This document shows positions 42,346 through 46,582 of a stretch of 46,582 bases of DNA, one piece after another (position 1 is the first letter of the stretch; the number at the start of each line of letters is the position of its first letter). Source of the stretch: an uncultured Clostridium sp. (GTDB taxonomy: Bacteria; Bacillota; Clostridia; TANB77; CAG-465). The position numbers were made by a program, and so were the translations under genes. The DNA is taken from positions 1 through 46,582 of the forward strand of contig CAYZTN010000002.1 in the NCBI GenBank assembly GCA_964481385.1, in the 5' to 3' direction. A model generated the notes under the pieces. The model was given only the letters and a program-made list of their open reading frames with translations. It was not told the origin of the DNA and searched no databases.

Positions 42346-44019
42346 TTATATACTTTTAATTGCTTTTTCTAATCTTTCTTTTGTTCTGGCTTCACCTAGC
42401 ACTTGCATTATGCAATATATATCTGGTGTGTTGTGTCTATTTGTCACAGCTACTCTTATACAGTCAGTAACGTCAGCGATACTTCCTTTGAAACTTTCAG
42501 GAGATGCTTTGTACTCTTTCATGTTAGTGCAGTAACCAAGTGACTCTGCCATAGTTTTAACATTTCCAAACCAGGTTTCTTTGTCTAATGAAGAACTATG
42601 CATGCTTTTATATCCTTCTAGCACGGCTTTTATATCTTCCATGCTTAATTTTTCCGTATTAAAATCTAAGCCGTTTTCTGTATCTTTTTCAAATAACTCG
42701 TCATACATGTAGAAAGTATTTGGTAAGATATCTTTGTACTTTGCAATATCTTTTCTTATTTTTTGTACATTGTCTCTTTCTATTGCAAAAACTTGTTTTG
42801 TGTAATTAATATCTTTGTTAAGCAAATCATAAAGCTCAGTACAATATACTTTTGCCCATTCTAACACTAGGTTTAAAAGCTCTTCACTGTTTAGTCTTGA
42901 AATTACTTCCTTAGATACATCAGTAAGTTTTGCCATATCAAATAAAGCACCTGAAGAGTTTAGTTTATTTAGTTTTACATTAAACTCATGCCAAGACGCT
43001 GTTTTATTTGCTTTTCTCCACAATTCATAGTCTGAATTTATAATCGTAAGAAGGTATTCTATAATGCTATCTGCTGGATATCCTTCTTCAATAAAGAATG
43101 ATACTGCTGACTCTGGGTCTTTTCTTTTAGATAGTTTTCTTTTTGAGCCGTTATCATTTTTCATTATAGTTGGTGTATGTGCATATTTTACTTGTTCAAA
43201 GCCTAATGCATTAAATAGCTCCAAGTGAAGTGCGGTAGATGGTATCCACTCCTCGCCTCTTACAGCTATTGTTGTTCTCATAAAATGGTCATCAACAGCA
43301 TGTGCAAAGTGGTATGTTGGAAGCCCATCAGACTTAATTATTACTATGTCTTGGTCATTTTCTGCCATTTCAATTTTTCCACGAATTATATCTTGTACTT
43401 TAACTTTTCTTAAATGACTTCCAAGAGATCTAAAACGCACAATATATGGTTTACCCTCTTTAATTTTTTCTATCGCTTCGTCTGCAGTGTAATTTCTACA
43501 TCTTGCATATGTTCCATAGTACCCTGGTATTTGTTTATTCTTTTCTTGAGCCTCTCTTAATTTATCTAGTTCTTCTGATGTACAAAAGCAAGGATATGCA
43601 CGTCCACGGCGAATAAGTTCCTTGGCACACACTTTATATATGTGTTCTCTCTCACTTTGTTTATATGGGCCATAGTCTCCGACTTCTTCTGTATCTGATA
43701 CAAGTCCTTCATCGTTTATAACCTTAAAAGCTCTCATTTGAGTTATAAGGTCATGGACACCATTTTCAACTTCACGTTTTTTATCTGTATCTTCAATTCT
43801 AAATATAAACTTACCGTTTGTTTCATTTGCAACAGTCATGTCTATAAGCGAACCAAATAGCCCACCTATATGTAAAAAGCCTGTTGGTGAAGGAGCAAAA
43901 CGAGTTACCTCTGCTCCTTCCGGAAGATTACGTTTAGGATATCTCTTCTCCAAATCTTCTATTGTTTCAGTTACATCTGGAAATATAAGATTGGCTAATT
44001 CATGATTTTTATTTTCCAT
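42346..44019 (-). CDS. gltX: glutamate--tRNA ligase (bacterial GluRS type, long form)
   Basis: RFAPSPTGFLHIGG and KLSKRK class-I motifs. At 557 aa it is longer than typical bacterial GluRS. Confidence 0.85.
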   Translation of the reverse strand: MENKNHELANLIFPDVTETIEDLEKRYPKRNLPEGAEVTRFAPSPTGFLHIGGLFGSLIDMTVANETNGKFIFRIEDTDKKREVENGVHDLITQMRAFKVINDEGLVSDTEEVGDYGPYKQSEREHIYKVCAKELIRRGRAYPCFCTSEELDKLREAQEKNKQIPGYYGTYARCRNYTADEAIEKIKEGKPYIVRFRSLGSHLRKVKVQDIIRGKIEMAENDQDIVIIKSDGLPTYHFAHAVDDHFMRTTIAVRGEEWIPSTALHLELFNALGFEQVKYAHTPTIMKNDNGSKRKLSKRKDPESAVSFFIEEGYPADSIIEYLLTIINSDYELWRKANKTASWHEFNVKLNKLNSSGALFDMAKLTDVSKEVISRLNSEELLNLVLEWAKVYCTELYDLLNKDINYTKQVFAIERDNVQKIRKDIAKYKDILPNTFYMYDELFEKDTENGLDFNTEKLSMEDIKAVLEGYKSMHSSSLDKETWFGNVKTMAESLGYCTNMKEYKASPESFKGSIADVTDCIRVAVTNRHNTPDIYCIMQVLGEARTKERLEKAIKSI

Positions 44020-44042
44020 TGTTTTATTCCCCCATTTATATG

Positions 44043-45959
44043 TTAATTATTTGTCTTTACCTCTGTAATTATTGGTAATATCATTGGATTACGTTTTGTT
44101 TTTCTATACACATAGTCGCATATTTCTTGTCTAAGAGAAGACTTAATACTTGACCACTCCGTAACATGTGCTTCTTGAAGGCTTAGTATTTTTTCTTTTG
44201 AGAACTCTCTTATTTCGTCTACAAGATCTTCAGACTCTCTAACGTATACAAAACCTCTTGTTATTATGTCTGGTCCGCCGACTAAACGACCTGTTCCGGC
44301 TTCAAGTGAGAACACTACTAGTATCATACCATTTTCAGATAGAAGCTGTCTATCTCTTAGTACTATGTTTCCTACGTCTCCTACACCTAAACCATCAACT
44401 AATACAATTCCTGATGGAACTTGAGTTCCAAGTCTTGCACCATTTTCGTCTATCTCTAGTATTCTACCGTTTTGAGATATAAATATGTTTTCAGACTTCA
44501 TACCAACTGATTTTGCAAGTTCTTTATGATGTCTTAAGAATCTATACTCACCATGTACTGGCATAAAGTATTCTGGTTTTGTCAAACATAGCATCATTTT
44601 TAATTCTTCTTGACAAGCGTGACCTGAAACGTGTACATCAGCAAGTTGGTTATATATTACTTCTGCCCCTATTTTTTGAAGGCTATCTATTACCTTACCT
44701 ATAGACTTTTCATTTCCTGGTATTGGTGAAGATGAAAGTATTACCATATCGTTTTCTGTAATAGTTACTTTCTTGTGTTCGCCTTGTGACATACGAGCAA
44801 GGCCTGCCATAGGTTCGCCTTGTGAACCTGTTGTAATTATTACAAGTTGTTCAGGATTATATAATCCAATTTTGTCTATGTCTATAAACGTATCTTCTGG
44901 TGCCGTTAAATATCCTAGTTCACGTGCTACGTCCATTACACGCACCATACTTCTACCTATTATACTTACTTTTCTTCCGAATTTTACAGCTGAGTTTACT
45001 ATCTGCTGAATTCTATGAATATTTGAAGCAAATGTTGCAACAATTATTCTTTTCTTGTTGTTCATAAATAGCTTATCGAACTCAGCACCAACTTTTCTTT
45101 CAGACATTGTATAACCAGGTCTTTCTACGTTTGTTGAGTCAGACATTAAAAGTTTAACTCCTTTGTGTCCAAGTTCTGCAAATCTTTGGAAGTCCATTGG
45201 CTTTCCGTCTATTGGTGTATAATCTACCTTAAAGTCTCCTGTATGTACTACTGTACCAACTGGAGTTGTAATTGCAAATGCAACTGAATCTGCTATTGAG
45301 TGAGTTGTATGAATAAACTCTACTTTAAATTTACCAAGTGTAACTGACTCTCCAGCTTCAACACACTTAATCTTAGTTTTATCTGGCAAGTTGTGTTCTT
45401 CAAGCTTTGCTTTAATAAGCCCTACTGTAAGCTTCGTTGCATAAATTGGTACATTTATTTTTTTCAAAAAATATGGTATTGAACCAATATGGTCTTCGTG
45501 TCCATGAGTTATTACCATACCTCTAATTTTGTTTTTATTCTTCTCAAGATATGTAATATCTGGTATTACAAGGTCAACACCTAGCATATCGTCTTCTGGG
45601 AAAGCTACACCACAGTCTACTACAATTATATCGTTGCCATATTCAAACACTGTAATGTTTTTTCCTACTTCCTCCAATCCACCTAGAGGTATTATCCTTA
45701 GTTTGTTCTTTTCAAAAAAGCTCTCTTTTATAGTTGGAACTTTTTTCACATTCTTTTTGCTATTATTAATTGTTCTAGAAGTTTTCTTAGGTTTTATTTG
45801 AACGCTTGGTATACGTTTTTCTTCTACTTTGTTCTGTATATTTTCGATACTCGTTGTATCTATTGTTATATTTTCAGTTTTTTTAACTCTTTTTCTAATA
45901 TTTAATTTATTTGCTTTAATACTATCGTCATAGATAGTGCTTTTTTTCTTTTCTTCCAT
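44043..45959 (-). CDS. rnj: ribonuclease J
   Basis: Metallo-beta-lactamase motif HGHEDHIG, beta-CASP region, RNase J C-terminal domain, and a Lys-rich ~85-aa N-terminal extension. Confidence 0.92.
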   Translation of the reverse strand: MEEKKKSTIYDDSIKANKLNIRKRVKKTENITIDTTSIENIQNKVEEKRIPSVQIKPKKTSRTINNSKKNVKKVPTIKESFFEKNKLRIIPLGGLEEVGKNITVFEYGNDIIVVDCGVAFPEDDMLGVDLVIPDITYLEKNKNKIRGMVITHGHEDHIGSIPYFLKKINVPIYATKLTVGLIKAKLEEHNLPDKTKIKCVEAGESVTLGKFKVEFIHTTHSIADSVAFAITTPVGTVVHTGDFKVDYTPIDGKPMDFQRFAELGHKGVKLLMSDSTNVERPGYTMSERKVGAEFDKLFMNNKKRIIVATFASNIHRIQQIVNSAVKFGRKVSIIGRSMVRVMDVARELGYLTAPEDTFIDIDKIGLYNPEQLVIITTGSQGEPMAGLARMSQGEHKKVTITENDMVILSSSPIPGNEKSIGKVIDSLQKIGAEVIYNQLADVHVSGHACQEELKMMLCLTKPEYFMPVHGEYRFLRHHKELAKSVGMKSENIFISQNGRILEIDENGARLGTQVPSGIVLVDGLGVGDVGNIVLRDRQLLSENGMILVVFSLEAGTGRLVGGPDIITRGFVYVRESEDLVDEIREFSKEKILSLQEAHVTEWSSIKSSLRQEICDYVYRKTKRNPMILPIITEVKTNN

Positions 45960-46066
45960 TATATCACTCCTTTTTTGTTATTAAACCTAATTTAATTTTC
46001 CCGAACATTTTTCAACAATTTTTCTACCGAACAAGCTATGACAAAACATTGCCAAAATACCTAATT

Positions 46067-46095
46067 AGTATACAACATTCATGCTTTAAAGTCAA
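46067..46095 (-). promoter_or_regulatory. promoter of rnj-gltX-ileS, TTGACT-17 bp-TATACT
   Basis: On the minus strand, TTGACT lies at 46095-46090 and TATACT at 46072-46067. Confidence 0.55.
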
Positions 46096-46096
46096 C

Positions 46097-46130
46097 AAAA
46101 CGGCATGGATTTTTAAATCCACACCGTTTT
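46097..46130 (-). terminator. terminator after 46139-46441 (bidirectional shape)
   Basis: AAAACGGCATGGATTT-TTA-AAATCCACACCGTTTT, an imperfect stem with flanking A/T runs. Confidence 0.6.
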
Positions 46131-46138
46131 TAAAAAGG

Positions 46139-46441
46139 TTAGTTTTCTGCCGAAATCTCGTTCAATAGCTTTTTCGTAACTTTAAAATAGTCTTTTGTCC
46201 TTTGCGTCATTCCAAAAAACTTTCTCTCCGCGTTAACTTCTCTTAAATAGCCTACAACATTAGGAGCAAACGTATCTTGCCGAAGAGGTGCCACAAGTTT
46301 CACGAACTCTTTATAATCCCGCTCTTTGCAATTCAAAAAAATTAGAAAAGCTCTTGAGTTTGGATACTGTGCTTTAAGATTGCGTAAAGCTACGAGTCCG
46401 TCTTTCATTTCACGACACATTTCATATAAAGTATTAGCCAT
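46139..46441 (-). CDS. hypothetical 100-aa protein
   Basis: SD AGGAGG lies 9 nt before the ATG. No recognisable motif. Confidence 0.5.
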   Translation of the reverse strand: MANTLYEMCREMKDGLVALRNLKAQYPNSRAFLIFLNCKERDYKEFVKLVAPLRQDTFAPNVVGYLREVNAERKFFGMTQRTKDYFKVTKKLLNEISAEN

Positions 46442-46582
46442 TACTTTTTATCCTCCTAAAAATTATTTTAGTTAAGTCGCTATTAACTACAACTAAATTG
46501 TACCAAATTTCAATAATGGTGTCAACAACAACAGGACAAAAGAATGAAAAAAATTAAAAAAAGCGTAGAAACATTGAAGTAT

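Noticed and set aside
1-46582. CRISPR arrays, tRNA or rRNA genes, and T-box or other large riboswitch leaders.
   Set aside because: Intergenic regions are short (mostly under 200 bp) and contain no regularly spaced repeats and no cloverleaf-like GC-rich segments. The only long non-coding stretches (10707-11621, 19228-19515, 37226-37719) show none of these signatures by eye. A covariance-model scan would be needed for certainty.

Overview
This is a 46.6-kb stretch of a low-G+C Firmicute (Clostridia-like) chromosome, densely coded, with no rRNA, tRNA, CRISPR or transposase genes that I could see. All homology calls come from motif recognition by eye, because no searches could be run. Layout, left to right: (1) a membrane-anchored SNase-like nuclease; (2) a ~10-kb plus-strand surface-polysaccharide locus holding two Wzy/O-antigen-ligase-like membrane proteins (one fused to an Alg14-like domain), a Wzx-like flippase, GT32-like, 2x GT2, Alg13-like and GT4 transferases, and a TupA-like ATP-grasp protein; (3) a sparsely coded AT-rich ~0.9-kb region, then a Xer-family tyrosine recombinase bracketed by 52-bp imperfect direct repeats; (4) a YneA-like LysM protein behind a consensus promoter with two LexA-box-like sites; (5) three tandem cassettes encoding stand-alone sigma-A region-4 proteins, two of them fused to an RNA polymerase alpha-CTD, which is the most unusual content of the window; (6) clpX-clpP-(SUKH-like insert)-tig; (7) housekeeping and accessory genes: Sua5/TsaC, two NUDIX proteins (one with a LeuRS-derived N-terminus), ASCH, DUF362, VanZ and GNAT; (8) a cyclic beta-1,2-glucan synthase split into a GT84/cyclase ORF and a translationally coupled GH94 ORF; (9) a divergent orphan ClpP-like protease and a NifS/IscS-type cysteine desulfurase; (10) a candidate accessory module made of an S8 peptidase, a compositionally mosaic lipoprotein, a 342-bp segment between inverted repeats, three ~98-aa tandem paralogs and a small NTase-fold protein; (11) an rnj-gltX-ileS operon. 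Many opposite-strand ORFs in the supplied track are shadows of AT-rich coding sequence and are not reported.
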